Below are positions 11,201 through 32,965 of a DNA stretch of 64,000 nucleotides, one piece after another. The stretch spans positions 372,001-436,000 of the forward strand of contig JAQGDQ010000032.1 in assembly GCA_030141605.1 (NCBI GenBank). Direction: 5' to 3'. Origin of the DNA: Tubiluchus corallicola. Taxonomy: Eukaryota; Animalia; Priapulida. The notes beneath the pieces are model-generated. The model searched no databases. It saw nothing but the letters and a program-made list of their open reading frames with translations, and had not been told where the DNA came from. Each line of letters starts with the position of its first letter. The first letter of the stretch is position 1. The position numbers and the translations under genes are program-made.

Positions 11201-14200
11201 AATAGTAATTATTATAATTACTGGTATTACGAATTTAGCAGTTTTGTCAATTTCAAGGCATCAATTTGTTAACAACCTTATCTACAAACACAGCTGAACC
11301 AGCAGCATATTATATACAGCTAAAGAAGATTGTTTTTAAACTAATTAAAATTATTAACAGTCGGTTGCTTCCAGCAAACGTCTAGGTAGATCAGGAATGC
11401 TAATTATAGCAGGAAATAAGCACACTGACGGCAGTTATGAATCCTTGCATGGGCGGGATCATGAATCATTTCCTAATAGCACTCTTACTCCGCCTCCGCT
11501 GTGTAACGATATTTTCGTACATTGAGCTACACTACAATCACATAGAGAGTAATGTTGTCAGACAATGCCAATGGCCGATCAGGTTCACAGGCCTCCTCAT
11601 TTCGCAAAGCCATAATTCAGGGTTGCAGTATTAAGTTCAATTTCAGAGCTTTACTTGGCAAACGGAATGCCCGTTATACTTAAATTTTTCGTATCAAAGG
11701 CAGGGGTCCGGACCCCCTCTGGAACTGCTTCTCAATTCTAACTGAGCAATGGAGTATGTGTAGATTAATAATACTGCACGGAATTTAAATGGTCACATTA
11801 TAGGGGCTCATATAATAATCATGAACACATGACCATATGATCGGTAAAAACTGCTGTCTGGATCCGGTCCTGGTCCAATGAGAAACATCTGGTATTTACC
11901 ATATTTTGACTGTACAAGAAATCCAGATAGATACAGAGCCCTTCTTTGTGTCACAATGGATAGAATAACCAGTGGCTACTAGCTAAATATTATTTTTTGT
12001 TACATTAAAGTTTGCAGGTTTGGGTATTTAGCTGGTCTGTGCATTACAACTTTCAATATCTGGCACCTTTGTAGAATCTTTAATATAAAATAGTTTTAGT
12101 TCTTGAACAGTGATATATTATATGAGTACATTACATCTATTGCTGTAAAACTTTGCTGCGTATCAGAACTAATGCATTGTTGATATAAGGGTTTTCCATA
12201 TTATTGCTGAAAATAATAATGTTCAGCAAGATTGTAAGTTAACTTCAAGAAACTGTTTATCAAGTAAAAACTTAGTGTAATGTACGTATTTTAACGTACT
12301 TTAGTAACTTAACTCATAATAAATTTATTCTTCCGATTACATTATTAGATAATTTAACATAATTTTGCTTATTTATGCTGGCCCGCACCCTAACAGAAGA
12401 TAAAATTACTCCGTGAACAGAATTTGAAAGTCATCCAACGTCAAAGTTCTTGGCTTCACTGGTCTAAATAAATGAATAATTTCATAAGTTTTCAAAAATC
12501 TTACAAATGCTTAAATTTCTGTTAATGTATATAACGTCATGTTTAAAATTTCAAATACCTTTTGAGAAAATGGCAAAGGACGATATCTAGGATTATATGC
12601 AATGCAGTAACTCTGTGATGAATGCGACTCACTTGAAGTTGCATTTAATATTCCCAGTTCACCATGCACCTAAAATAAGCACATAATTGTTGCAGTAATT
12701 GCAGAGTTATTATGATAACTGTGATAAAGAAAACAAAACAAAAGATATCTTAAAAAGTTGGTAGACTTTTAATCAAGATAAAAAGATCAAAATGATTTAA
12801 AAACTTGACAAAGATCGCTTTCACTATAATCGTACTGGTCACAGCACGTCGCTACCAAAATGCAGGTGGTCATCAGTTGTTACCATGCTTCAACAGATTT
12901 TCATGCCTAAGGAACATGGTAATAGCTGATAATTGCTCAATTGTTTGACTTTCTGTGATCTCGTGTGGCTTTCACGTATGGCGCACATTCACATCTTCAA
13001 CATTGATCAAATATATCAACTTTAATCAAATATATTATTGGCTATATATTACTGATACATACTAACTATACTGCACATTGTGCTTAAATGGCCGATCTTG
13101 CAACAATAAAACTGAACAACCCATGAAGTGCTGATTTTCAAGAGTAAGTACTATGTAACTATAAAACATCCACGTGAAAGGTGGAAGCAACGAAATTAAG
13201 AATTTCATTGTTACTTAATATTTACAATGCACAATTCTGTGCATATTTACAATGTGCTATAATTAGATAAACAAGGATAAGTCATTTAACACATTGGGCT
13301 TATTTTGCTGTTATCACTTAAACATAGAAAATATAACAAAGAAATTTCCAAAAAAAAAGCATAAAGTTAATTTATAGTAATGCTGTATATAAATTTTCAG
13401 GTGCGGTGCATGCCGCTATTCACTTGAAAATTATCACATAACTGGTGGACTTTGTAAGCACATCACGGTCTTCCGTAAGCGACTATTGTTTAAACTAATT
13501 CAAACTTCTGCAGCTTACCTATCTTCAGGCAAAAATTGGGTATCTAATTTTCTGTACAAACTTATAATACTTTTGACAGAAATTGACAGTTTGTTGCTTT
13601 TCGTCAGCCGGCGAATGACGTCACTAGTGGAAAAATGAGCGTTCAAAATAGAAGCACCCAAGTGTGATTAAATTTATCACACTTTTTTTACTAAATCCTT
13701 GTAACATTTTGCATGAACATTGTAATAAATCTAACTTCCCAATCTTTAGGACTTGGCCTTTCCTTTAATGACATATAAGTTTCATTTCAATATGGCGAAT
13801 TTTTGACTTCTCTCAAAGCAGTTTTTCATTTCACTAATTTTTACTTAATTTGAAGAAATAAAGATTATAATTATTATTGGTATAATAACCATCGGCGGAT
13901 TATGATTTTATGGGCCTTAGGCTTGAGCTTGGAACGGGCCTTTTAAATGTTGCTACACTGGTGAGCTGACGTGTTTTCGTGGAGCTCTCGTCGTTTGGAA
14001 GTTTGTTTAATTTTGTGAGTTTTTGCCCACCGATTGTGATAAAAATTATATCTTCTTGATCCTTGAGTTGTGGAGTAGGACTAAACCCGATTAAAAATAT
14101 AGTGACTGACTTTTGAAAAAAAACTTTTTTCTATATTTTATTTTAGGGCCCCTTGCTCTTTTGTCAATTTATTTTTTTTTACAAAAAATTTTTTTTTTCG

Positions 14201-14860
14201 TTTTATTTTGCCGGGCCCCTTTTGATCCCGGGCCTTAGGCTTCAGCCTATTCAGCCTATAGGGCTATCCGCTACAGATAATAACTGTTGTAATCGCGAAA
14301 CGATTGAGTTGTTAAACCTGTAGAATGTATATTTTACAAAATAACTAATAAACCAAAATGAAAATGCCTTACATAATTACAATAAATATATATACCGTAT
14401 TTTCCCGTGTATAAGAGACCCTTTTTTGCTCAGAATTTTCACTTTAAAAACAGGGGGTCTCTTATACATGGGAGTAAGACTTTTCAATAAGATGCATAAA
14501 TTGTGACACTAATGATATTAAAGAAATAAGTGCTCTACAAGTGCCTCAAGGCATGGAATGGTGTAAAGCCAGAGGTCATTATTAAATCTTTCAAGAAGTG
14601 TGGCATCTCCAATGCCATGGACGGCACAGAGGACAATGCCATTTTTGAGCAGAGTGACTCCTCTGATGATGAACTGGCTGGAATTGCTGAAGGTCTGACT
14701 CCAGTTGATATTTTTGATGAGAGTGATGAGGAATTTAATGATTTCTATGATGAATAAAGTTATTCATTACCAAAAAACTTTTTCCCAGAATTTTTGCCTA
14801 AAAATTGAAGGGGTCTCTTATACACAAGGGTCTCTTATACACGGGAAAATACGGTATATT

Positions 14861-14897
<37 letters not shown>

Positions 14898-17320
14898 ATG
14901 TATATTATTATAATTATTATTAATTATATAAGTCTCTCAACAAGCTGGTATTGGTGTCATTCAATTAACCAAAAATTTTAATATTAATGCCGTATAAATA
15001 ACGATGGCTTCCAGGTGACCTTACGGTCTTTTACCATTTTGTCTCAAAGCAGTTGTTTAACATTCATAATTAAATATTGTATATTATTCTATTACATTTA
15101 TAAATCTAATTTATATTGAAATCTGATCTAATCTCTTCTAATCTAATCTGAAAGGATACTACAAGGGAATTGGATACATTTGTTCTAATGGTGAGCAGGG
15201 GTTTTAAAATGTGTTGCTAAAGCAAAATCAGTTTCTAAAGCTACTTGGCATTACCCTAGATGAGAAATTAACTTTTCATCCTCACATTATCAAACTATCA
15301 ATGACAGCTAGCAAAGTTCTTTCATTCAAAAGAGAAATAAGAGGTATTGTTAATATTTCAACTGTACATCTACTTTGTATTTATAAATCTCTTGTTCATT
15401 CTTTGGCGGAATATGGTGTTATCATCTGGCAAGTCGTGGATGGTAAACATTTGTCTATGTTAGAAGATTTTAAAGCAGTTGGTTTGGGTAATATCAGATT
15501 TGATTTTCCTACGGCAAAAGCTGTTTCTTTGGCATGGAAGGTTGAGAAGAATGGGAATGTTATAAGTTCTCAAGTGGTTCTGGAAGTTGATTTCGATCTA
15601 AATGACAATTTTACAGATATTCCTGTGGTTATACCCAATTATTGAAATGTACTAGGGTTCTCAAAGAATAGGTCAGAAGCACAAGAATTTCTTGGGAAAG
15701 CCTTTGATTTAAATTCTTTATGCAGTTTTCTAAATAATGCTGTTTTAGCATTTACTGATGGTTCTTGTACTGACAATCCTGGACTATGTGGAGCAGGAAC
15801 AGTAATTTATTCACATTTTCAGGAATTTTGTCACTTCAGTAAATCAGTAGTATCGCATGGATCCATTTTGTTAGCTGAACTCTTTGCTATTTTTGCTGTG
15901 TTACAGTTTGTTGCAGAACAATTAATCTTTGTAGTTGCGGATGTTAAAAATATTATAGTTTTTTCAGATAGTCAATGTGCAGTAGGCATTGTATCTTTAG
16001 GATGGTCTTGTAAATGTTACAAAGAACTATGTGATAGTATAAAAAACTTATGTTAAATTTCTTTATAGTACTGATATTCATGTTAACTTTATATGGATTC
16101 CGGGTAATATTGTAATATTATTGGAAATGATCTTGCTGATTAATTGGCTAAAAAGGCTGCTCATAATGCTCAATTTACGGATGTCAATTCCTGTATTTAC
16201 GCCTTGCAAGATGTCAAGACTGCAAGCCGAAAAACTTTACTTCATAAATGGCAGTTTCGGTGGAATCACTCTTCAAATGGTAAATTCTTCTACAATTTGT
16301 GTTCATCTGTGATCTTCAATAGAAGACTTGACTTTCAGTCAAAGTCACAGTTTTCCAAATTTCTTCAATTATGTGTAGGCTACTCTAAACTTAATTACTA
16401 TCTTCATAAGATTAAAAGCGTCGATGCTCCACTATGCGAGTGTGGTTTAGTGAAATTTACAAAACATTTTTTGTCTGAGTGTGTGCTTTATGCTAATCAA
16501 AGGGATGTGCTGTTATACAAAATATTCCGACATAGTGGCTTATCTAAGTTCAAGCTAGTTGATATATTGTCATGTGAAGTTTGCTGACCAAGAAGATGTT
16601 GATATTGAGGCGATAATTAAAGATCTTTGTTCTTTTATAGACAGCACTGAAGGTTTAAACAAGCAGATACTATAATATTGCCAGTGTTTCGTCAGTATTG
16701 GAGTCATGTCACCATATTCTCTTCATTTCAGCCTTTGTAAAGAAATTTTCATCTTGATAAACAGCTCATATTGTGTTTAAGCATTTACTTGAACATTTTC
16801 TTGAAAGACATTGATGTGAAGATGAGCACATAACATATGCAGGAAAGGGTAAAGTCACCAGTCCAAGCTGAATTTTAAAAGACATTGTGGCTTGGTAGAA
16901 CAGCCGTCTGTTTTCCTGGAACTTCTCCATGTAGTATCTCCCATTTGCTGAAGCAGTGCTGTCACAGTGCAGTCTTTTCGACGATATTCATCTTAACAAA
17001 ACCAGCTACTTAGTGGGAACCATCACCCTCCAGGTTAGTGACGTTACAATAGGCACAAGGGCTACAACAGCGTATTGTAGCCTACATTAAGATAAGCTGT
17101 AATAAGCATTATGCCCCTTATGCTGAGTTTACGGTTTTAGTACATATTTCATTATAATAGGGCAAGCGTAAACATCGGACGCTGCAAATTTAATAGGAAA
17201 TGCACACCGCTGACAGCTCAAATAACCAATATTATTTCACATTACCTCGTCCAACTGGTAAATGAAAAGAAAAACCAACAAGAACATTTTTAAAATAAAA
17301 CACTTCAAGTGAGCCGCCAT
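7722..17320 (-). CDS. SPPL2: Signal peptide peptidase-like 2 (SPPL2A/B family), first three coding exons: 17246-17320, 12559-12669, 7722-7790; continues left of the window
   Basis: Three phase-0 exons with canonical splice sites join to MAAHLKCFILKMFLLVFLFIYQLDE|VHGELGILNATSSESHSSQSYCIAYNPRYRPLPFSQK|APFKLTDILPSDGCRNETIDYHQ. The signal peptide and YCIxYNPxxxxLP motif match my recollection of the SPPL2A/B N-terminus (YCILYNPQWAHLP), including the intron just after the signal peptide. Start context is AACATGGCGG. Confidence 0.78.
8095..8213. repeat. Compound microsatellite (TAA)n(CAA)n(TA)n
   Basis: Directly visible. Confidence 0.97.
9340..9690. repeat. Degenerate repeat with two tandem ~98-bp units bounded by AAGATGGC motifs (Helentron-associated-like)
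   Basis: The core tttc(g/a)tatcat(a/g)aatactagatc(g/a)aatttcgcatcaac occurs at ~9497 and ~9594. The family assignment is inference. Confidence 0.5.
9995..10530 (+). mobile_element. hAT transposon remnant with C-terminal dimerization domain (ZMYM1-like)
   Basis: ORF 10079-10387 contains ILFTIPATAAYVECSFSKLKQIENFVRSRITQGWL, a degenerate hATC motif (P.T.A..ERSFS.LK.IK..LRS). GGGCCC subterminal blocks flank it. Confidence 0.75.
13890..14276. mobile_element. hAT-family MITE
   Basis: Perfect 8-bp TSD ATAATAAC (13882-13889, 14277-14284), degenerate termini catcggcggat / atccgctacag, and subterminal GGGCC repeats. Confidence 0.8.
14395..14854 (+). mobile_element. pogo-family internally deleted element with transposase C-terminal remnant
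   Basis: Perfect 27-bp TIR CCGTATTTTCCCGTGTATAAGAGACCC with TA flanks. ORF 14530-14757 has AW..V....IIKSFKKCGISNAMDGTED and an acidic tail. Confidence 0.92.
15150..17110 (+). mobile_element. 5'-truncated, degenerate non-LTR retrotransposon (I/Nimb/Ingi-like): end of RT, RNase H, Cys/His motif, 3' region
   Basis: Motifs KLLGITLDEKLTF.PHI, FTDGS..GAG, ELFAI, FSDSQ, WIPG..GN.LAD.LAK.A and CECG...HFLSEC, with stops and frameshifts. Boundaries are approximate. Confidence 0.85.
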
Positions 17321-17793
17321 GTTGCAATAGTGCTTACTTAGTCCCCGATTCCAGACAAAAATTGGCTATACTGGCTCTTTAGTCCTGAGTAATAACTTCG
17401 GTATTTCTTAGTCCCATTTTATAATGTGCGCATGGCCTTTTATTTATAGACGGCAAAGAAGTAGGCTAAACAGTTATTGCTATTGCTAATATTTATATAT
17501 TTTTGTACTGTAAACATACACCTTTTGATTATTGTCCTAGCCATGTGTCACTAGCAATATTTTGTCATCATAAAAAAGATAAACTGTTTGCTTACACCTT
17601 ATAATGACATCGAACTCATTAAATGATTAATAATTGTTGATTTGTGCTAGACAAAATATATATCTTGTAAACCTCAGTCAGCCAAATTTATAATTTCTAA
17701 AACTCTAAATTACTCTTGTCCACTATCCAAATACAGATCAAGAATGCAGAAACATGTGAGTGTTTTGCTGTTGTTGTTGAAGTTGTTATTGTT

Positions 17794-18561
17794 GGGCGCC
17801 GAGTAATCCATTAGCCGAAGTAGGACGCGTCGTACATGGGCTAGCCCGTGTAGGACGCGTCGTAGATGAGCTGTCCAAGTAGGACATTAAAAAATAGAGA
17901 CAGGTCACGAATTGAGTCGCTAAGCGTACTGGCGCCGTCCGTTGTTCTTGTTTATGTAATAATAATAACTACAAACGTTGAATGATTTATTATACATCTG
18001 ATAAAATAAAAGAATTTTATTCTGAGCTAGAAGAATTAATATATGCCAATATTAATTTTTTTTGAATTGAAATAAGCGCACTTTTTTGGCGATTGCAACA
18101 TTTGCTTAAGGTGTAACATTTTTTATTTTGTCTTGCTTTTATTTTATCTTGCTTCACAGACAGATGATCCTTTTCACTCCCTCTTGGACAAATAATTGTT
18201 TTCTACTAAGTAAACGGGTTAGCGAGTTATGTGCCCTACATAGTTTCTCTCTTTAAAGCATTAGATACTTAGTTTAATATTATGATGACATTTATGGAGC
18301 TAATAATAATCATTATATTGTAGTAAAAAAATACATTTGTTAATTGTCAAGGACTATCCATCATTATTATAAAGATACTTTTTTCTAAAACAAATTTAGT
18401 TTTATGTTTTATTATGTCATAAATCTCGTTTCGCGACAGAAGTCGCTAGTGTCCTACTTGGGCACTACTGTACGACATTGTACGACAATGCTTTTCCGCA
18501 AATTTAGCACATGCGTTTTACCAGAAGTGTCATACTTCGGCTAGTGGATTACTCGGCGCCC
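17794..18561. mobile_element. Unclassified TIR element (MITE) in the SPPL2/Rab11 intergenic region
   Basis: 29-bp TIR GGGCGCCGAGTAATCCA(T/C)TAGCCGAAGTA and subterminal repeats GTAGGACGCGTCGTA x2; no clean TSD. Confidence 0.8.
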
Positions 18562-19724
18562 GACAGTTGTATTATTTTTCTTCAGTTAAATTTGCCAGCA
18601 GCTGTCTTTTTGTTTACTAAAATGTTTATTTTGCTTTCTACATACAAGACTAATTTGATCTATTGTGCATTTTGTGCACTTGTTTTAGTTACGTTATTGG
18701 AAACGGTTATGTACAATTTTTCTAAATGAAAAGAATAGCATGCAAGCCACTCTTGCAAACAGACATTTGAATGCTGCATATGTGCATTGCGATGTCATGT
18801 TATATACATAGACAATTTTATACCCTTTAAGGCTATTGTCACTTGCCATACGATCCGTGAAATCCAATTATTATTACCTGCTAGGGTACACTTTTAAAAT
18901 AGAGCTATTATTAGGAAATTAATACATAATTGTTGTTTTAGGATTTGGTAGCAGAATTGGAGATATAGAGTATATTATATTGGATAATGGCTCTTTATAA
19001 CATTAAGAGAAAATTGCGCTGAAAAAACCACCAAACCTTAAACTATTGCATTAGAGCTGCTATAATAGAATTCCAGCTGACATTGTGTAATATAAGGAAG
19101 AGCGCAAGGCAGAAGCAGAAGAGTTGATTACTGGTCATCAGGCTCTACAGACATGTGTATGATAAGCTCAGTAGTGAGGTCAAAATTAAAGGTCCAGTTA
19201 GTTATTACAAGACTCGTAGCAGCATGAGAGAAGTCAGCTCCAGCATGAACAAAGCAGAGTGTTTCAGCTGGTAAACACTAGAGATTCCAGATTCCTATGC
19301 CAATGGCCCTTCATTAATGGTGAGCCATTTCCTCACAAATTGTCTTTCCTCATTTTCCATTTTGGCCAGTTCTCTTTCTTTGTGTATGCATTTTTCTTTA
19401 GTGAAGTGCACGATTATTCAAACATTTTAACAAACGTAGAGCTATAGTAGCAGCATATTGCAGCACACTAAGTATTTTTTGCTGAAGCACCTGCAGTTGT
19501 ATTTTGTGACATTCAGCTTTCTTATTTTATTGTACGTCATGCCAATATAATTCTTTGCAATTTGTACTCCAGTACTTTTGGCTTTGGGTAAAATTTTTTT
19601 CAATAAAAATTTTTAATTCATGTACACTATGTACACGGTTATCTAGACCACAGCCACAAATCCGTTCCGTTAATCCAGCTTCCAGACTAGATTACGAATC
19701 AAACGCTTGATCTCCAACAGGTAC

Positions 19725-19795
19725 TGAGATGACGTCGCACGCTGCGCAGTAGCCACGGGGCGTTTAGATCAGCCATGTTAAATTTCCTGTTGAAG
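19725..19795 (+). promoter_or_regulatory. Putative Rab11 proximal promoter
   Basis: Locally CpG-rich, with CRE-like TGACGTC, TGCGCA, YY1-like GCCATGTT and ETS-like TTCCTG, ~250-300 bp upstream of the ATG. Confidence 0.5.
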
Positions 19796-20027
19796 TTTAG
19801 AAAAAAGTTTTAAACAGCTTCGTGATTATTTTCTTTTTAATACGTGTTAGTGCTTAAGGTTGTCCAGATACAAATTGTGTGTATTATATGACAAATTTTC
19901 AAATATATGCTTCCTATTAAAGCTCATCATTAATTTGTTGTTTGTTGGAATTTGCAAGTTAGTTTTGTTAAAGAAGCCTAAGGGGCTGTCATAGGTGGTT
20001 TCACTTGGAAACCTTTCACATTCTAAC

Positions 20028-28847
<8,820 letters not shown>

Positions 28848-31249
28848 CAGGTGTTGTTGCTAGGTGATGCATTATCCGTGCGTTGGCGCATTGTGCTGCA
28901 GTCCGTGGACCTAATAATAAGTGTTGTGGCTGCATTTTAAGATGTATATGTTTTTGAAAGTGAAACGTTACTTGCTTAAGGACAAATGCTGCTCACTGCT
29001 ATTGGTCATATTGATTTGTAATATCTGAAGCCAGGGGTGTGTCATTCACATACACACACCTGGTTCTAATTCTGATTTCTACTTTTCTCCTGTAGACGTT
29101 GATACCGTAAGTTATATACATGTGTTTTTATACTTTATCGAAATAGTCAACAAAGCTTCTACGTGAAGTTATATACCTTTGCTGGATTACTGCTTATTAA
29201 CATTTTTATCTAGCAAAAGTATATGAATATTTGCTTAAATTATCCAAGTACATTGTACATCCATAGTTATCATCGTGTAATGGTTTCTAAGTCATTGGTA
29301 AATTTTAGAGCATAAATTCCTAACGTGATTTGTAAGTTAATTCTGCATCTAGGCAAACTCAAATTAATATGTTTTTAGTTATTGATTTGTTTATTGCTAT
29401 TATACCACTAAGACTAACGTGAATTGTATACGTGTAATTTCACATACTTTGTAATTTAGCGCTTGTAAATATTCCCTATTGTGTCATCTTTGTTATGGAA
29501 TGGTTTGTCTTTATTTTTCTCAATAGTACTGTGGTTGGTTAAATATTGTTCATCTTGCAGATTTTGTGTTAATAGCTTTTTGTATTCTTGCTGTGTCGTT
29601 AAACCAGCATCATAAGCACCTCTTCGTAAGTATGTATTTTAATTTGTCATTAAAGCAGCTAATGAGCGTTTCATTTTCAAGGTTGTTACTGAAGGTTTTT
29701 TTGTGGATTCCAGTATCCGTTGTATCTCTAATGCCAGTTTTGGCCCTGATACACATGTCTTTTTGCTGTTTTTTCAAATCATACGTTACCATTTAGTTTA
29801 GTTTGCACTGATTTCTCTTTTTTACTGCTATTGGTTGCAGATAGCACAGGATCAGTTCGTTCAATTGTACTTATAATTGAAATGAGGTCCCGTTCGCATT
29901 CATGTTAACCTCTAGGAATCGGGTTCCCATAATAATTATTTTAGCCTTGAAGTATAATTTTTAAATCCTGTATAAAATTGTCCATTAAAATATTTTTCTT
30001 GATTAAAATTTCAATGCTGACTATTATTTATTCAACATTACATATACATAATTATAATAACTGTGTACTTGATGTCCTTACATGATAGACATTAACTATC
30101 CTAATATGTACCGTGTAGTGGGTTGACATTTTATTTAATACTACAGTTTCTATCATACATTACTTTGTTTTCTGAATGTTATAACTAGCCAAATCCAAAC
30201 ATTCATTAAAACAATTTAACAAAAGCTTTTTTTCGTTGTCCATTTTATTAGCAGATTTATGTATGATAATTGCAGGATTTGTATGACAGTAAATTTTGAA
30301 TTATTGCCAACATGTTACATCATTTCTTGGTACATTAATTGTATTATCATTGCCAATATTAGCCAATTTGTAGCTAGGTACGTTCTTACTACCTCAGCCT
30401 TCCCCTCATTTATCTCTGTCGGAAAAAACTTCTGAGCATTAACAAATATTAAGGCACTTTCTCTGCAGTCCGCACTAATATAGTGTAATGATTTGAGCTT
30501 GTAATTCCTAGATAGGTACATTAACTAAAATGTATTGTATTCATGATGGTAAAGCAGACAGGTGTGGTGTAAAGGTGATAAATGAAGATGAAGCTGTGTG
30601 TTGCTTTACCTGATTAGCTGCACACAGTACATTGGATGTGCAATGTTGGTGAGAATTTTGTGATCATAACTAACTATTGTTGCTTCACTTTGCATGATTA
30701 GTAGTGCATTTTAAGAAGCTGGTAACAAATTGTGGCCATTTACATTTTGCATTTCACGTAAGTTGTAACACTCAAAGTTTAACAGTTATCTTAAAGAAAT
30801 TGAGCATTTACAATCTACCCCATAAGTTATTGTTCAATGTGCTATCATACTCCAACTTCATTCTGCTTTGGTAGTGTATAGTGGCCCTGTCACTGTGTGT
30901 GTGTCTCACTTAATAAGAATATTCTGCTTTGAGCTTTCTTGTGGTCCTTGCATCAAGGTGTATTTGCAGTCTGTTACATTTATTGCGAGTTTGATGTAAC
31001 ACTACTGTCTATGATAAAAATCCTATGCCATTTTAGTATAACTGCAGTACATTGCACCATTGATGTTATAACACTGATTGCCTGTGGACTGATTGTTACT
31101 ACATATGTATAATGAAGGTGATTAAAAGCTAGAATCCAATAACAAATTATCATTAATTAGTATAATAATATTAGTCAAAGGCAGCATTTGTAATATAACA
31201 TTATTATAAAAATCTGTTTTTGTAGCTGTTTGTTATTTTTCGGTACACG

Positions 31250-31560
31250 AGGTGAGGCGATAGCAGAGTGGCTACCGTGTGCTTAGTTACCAAAGTTAAT
31301 CAGTGCTGAGCCTTGTCAGTAAATGGATCGTTGACCATTCTGCAGTCATTCCAGGTGATTTCGTGTGCCATAGTGCACTGCAGGTGTTATTTACCTTATT
31401 TTGAGGGAAGATGTATAGTTGTATATGTGTCCTTTGTCCTTGAAACACTACTATCAATCCATCTCTGTCTCTAAGAAGTACTATCTTTCATAATGAGCCA
31501 GGTTTGGCGTCTCCACAAACACCTACATGGAAAGCTGGATCGCAGCCTGCAGAGTGCTGA
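31250..31560 (+). mobile_element. Degenerate SINE with tRNA-like A-box head fused to a 5S rRNA-derived segment
   Basis: TAGCAGAGTGG (A-box-like) at 31261-31271. The segment 31290-31336 (caaagttaatcagtgctgagccttgtcagtaaatggatcgttgacc) resembles the 5S internal control region (gaagctaagcagggtcgggcctggttagtacttggatgggagacc). The 3' boundary is approximate. Confidence 0.6.
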
Positions 31561-32965
31561 ATTTTTGTATGTAAAGAAATATTTTAATGGTAACAGTGTA
31601 ATCAACAGAATTGAATATGGATATTTATTAGGGTAAAGTACAATCTTTTTGTTATACTTTCATTGCTTATTTCATAGGACTAACAATAAATACTTTTGCA
31701 TTAACATTTATCATATAAACGGATGTGATGAATTGCCAATTTAAGTTTACTGTAAGCCAGAAGCAAGAGTAAAAAATATGAACAAGCTGTGCAAGTTGAA
31801 AATTCTCAAATAACACTCGGATGAGACTGTTCTGTAGTAACTTAGTAAGGGACTGTATTTTCTCCTACGTGGAACAGTATTTTTGTCGTATGTTGGACTG
31901 ATGACACCTAGAACACCTGGACCCTAAACGAAGCAGCGGGTGTTATTCTATTTATAATCGCAGTTTGTCAGGTCTGCGATATCAAAACTGACCAATACGG
32001 GCAAACACCTGTATTGTAACAAACATTTGGCCTACTAACGACATAAACTAACCTTTTCCACTTTGGATTTGTATTAACTAAGTAATATAGCTTCTTCTCG
32101 AGCCAAATATTATCTACACACCGTGCCTTGTCTTTTTACTAATATTTCATTGATCTTATGGTATATCAGTTGATCTATACATATTTGTCTAAGAATCTAA
32201 ACTCTGCAAATGATGGTGTCACTGGTGAAAGCAATTATTACAGTTCAGTGGTACTAATAATGTTTTAACCTTAAGTCAGTAACAAAGTCCTCTTAAGGTG
32301 CAACATTGCATTGTACTTCGAACTATAGCGTGACTATTACAGCCAAGTTAGAGTGCATGTGAACTAACACATACTGAAATAATCTCATTAATTTTACGTG
32401 TAAGATTCGAGCAAGCTTTGTAATAACGTTTTAGTAGGCTTACTTGTACAATTAGTGTAATAATTGGGTAAGTATTGCTTCCCCTTTATGTATAACAAAG
32501 AATTAGTTGTGATGTATATTTTCATGTACACTGTATTTTCACTGTATTTTATGGTTACTTACAAGCTGTTAAATTTTGGATGTGAATTGTGAAGTACATA
32601 TTACAACTCTTAAATGATGTCAAACAACGTATCTAAACAAAATTAACATGCATCTAATAGACAAAAGCAAAAATTACTGGTTATACAGCCTATGCTGTGT
32701 TTCTTTTTACAGATGCAATAACTTATACATTTGAATCATCCCCAACTGCAAGTGGTTTACTGGATTATCAGTTGAATTCAGTTTGCTAATAACTGGTCAG
32801 TGAAATGTAGGCCAAGGATCAATTCGGTCACGCACCTTGCAGATTACTTATTGACAAGCGAGTAGTTGAGCGCTCTGAATAATCCTATGCAGTAAGCTTT
32901 GTTACAAGGATAACTATACAGCAATAGTGTAAGTATCTGTGCACAACTACAGCAAAATTGATAAA

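Larger units (their letters stand above)
8214..11809. mobile_element. Non-autonomous long-TIR DNA transposon, Sola2-like (TIRs ~8214-8881 and ~11134-11809)
   Basis: Highly similar ~670-bp inverted arms, GAG...CTC termini, and ATAT on both flanks (8210-8213, 11810-11813), consistent with a 4-bp TSD. Confidence 0.75.

Noticed and set aside
17810-17890. Short direct repeats with spacers, CRISPR-like
   Set aside because: There are only 2-3 units, they are subterminal repeats of a TIR element, the context is eukaryotic, and there are no cas genes.
19080-19620. Coding-looking stretch upstream of Rab11
   Set aside because: The frames I read were interrupted by stops and gave no recognisable protein.
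30389-30396. let-7 8mer site downstream of Rab11
   Set aside because: It lies beyond the likely poly(A) signals near 29985-30007 and is a single isolated match.
31897-31992. TGATGA...CTGA, C/D snoRNA-like
   Set aside because: There is no terminal stem or recognisable guide sequence; it is more likely the GK5 promoter or 5' exon.
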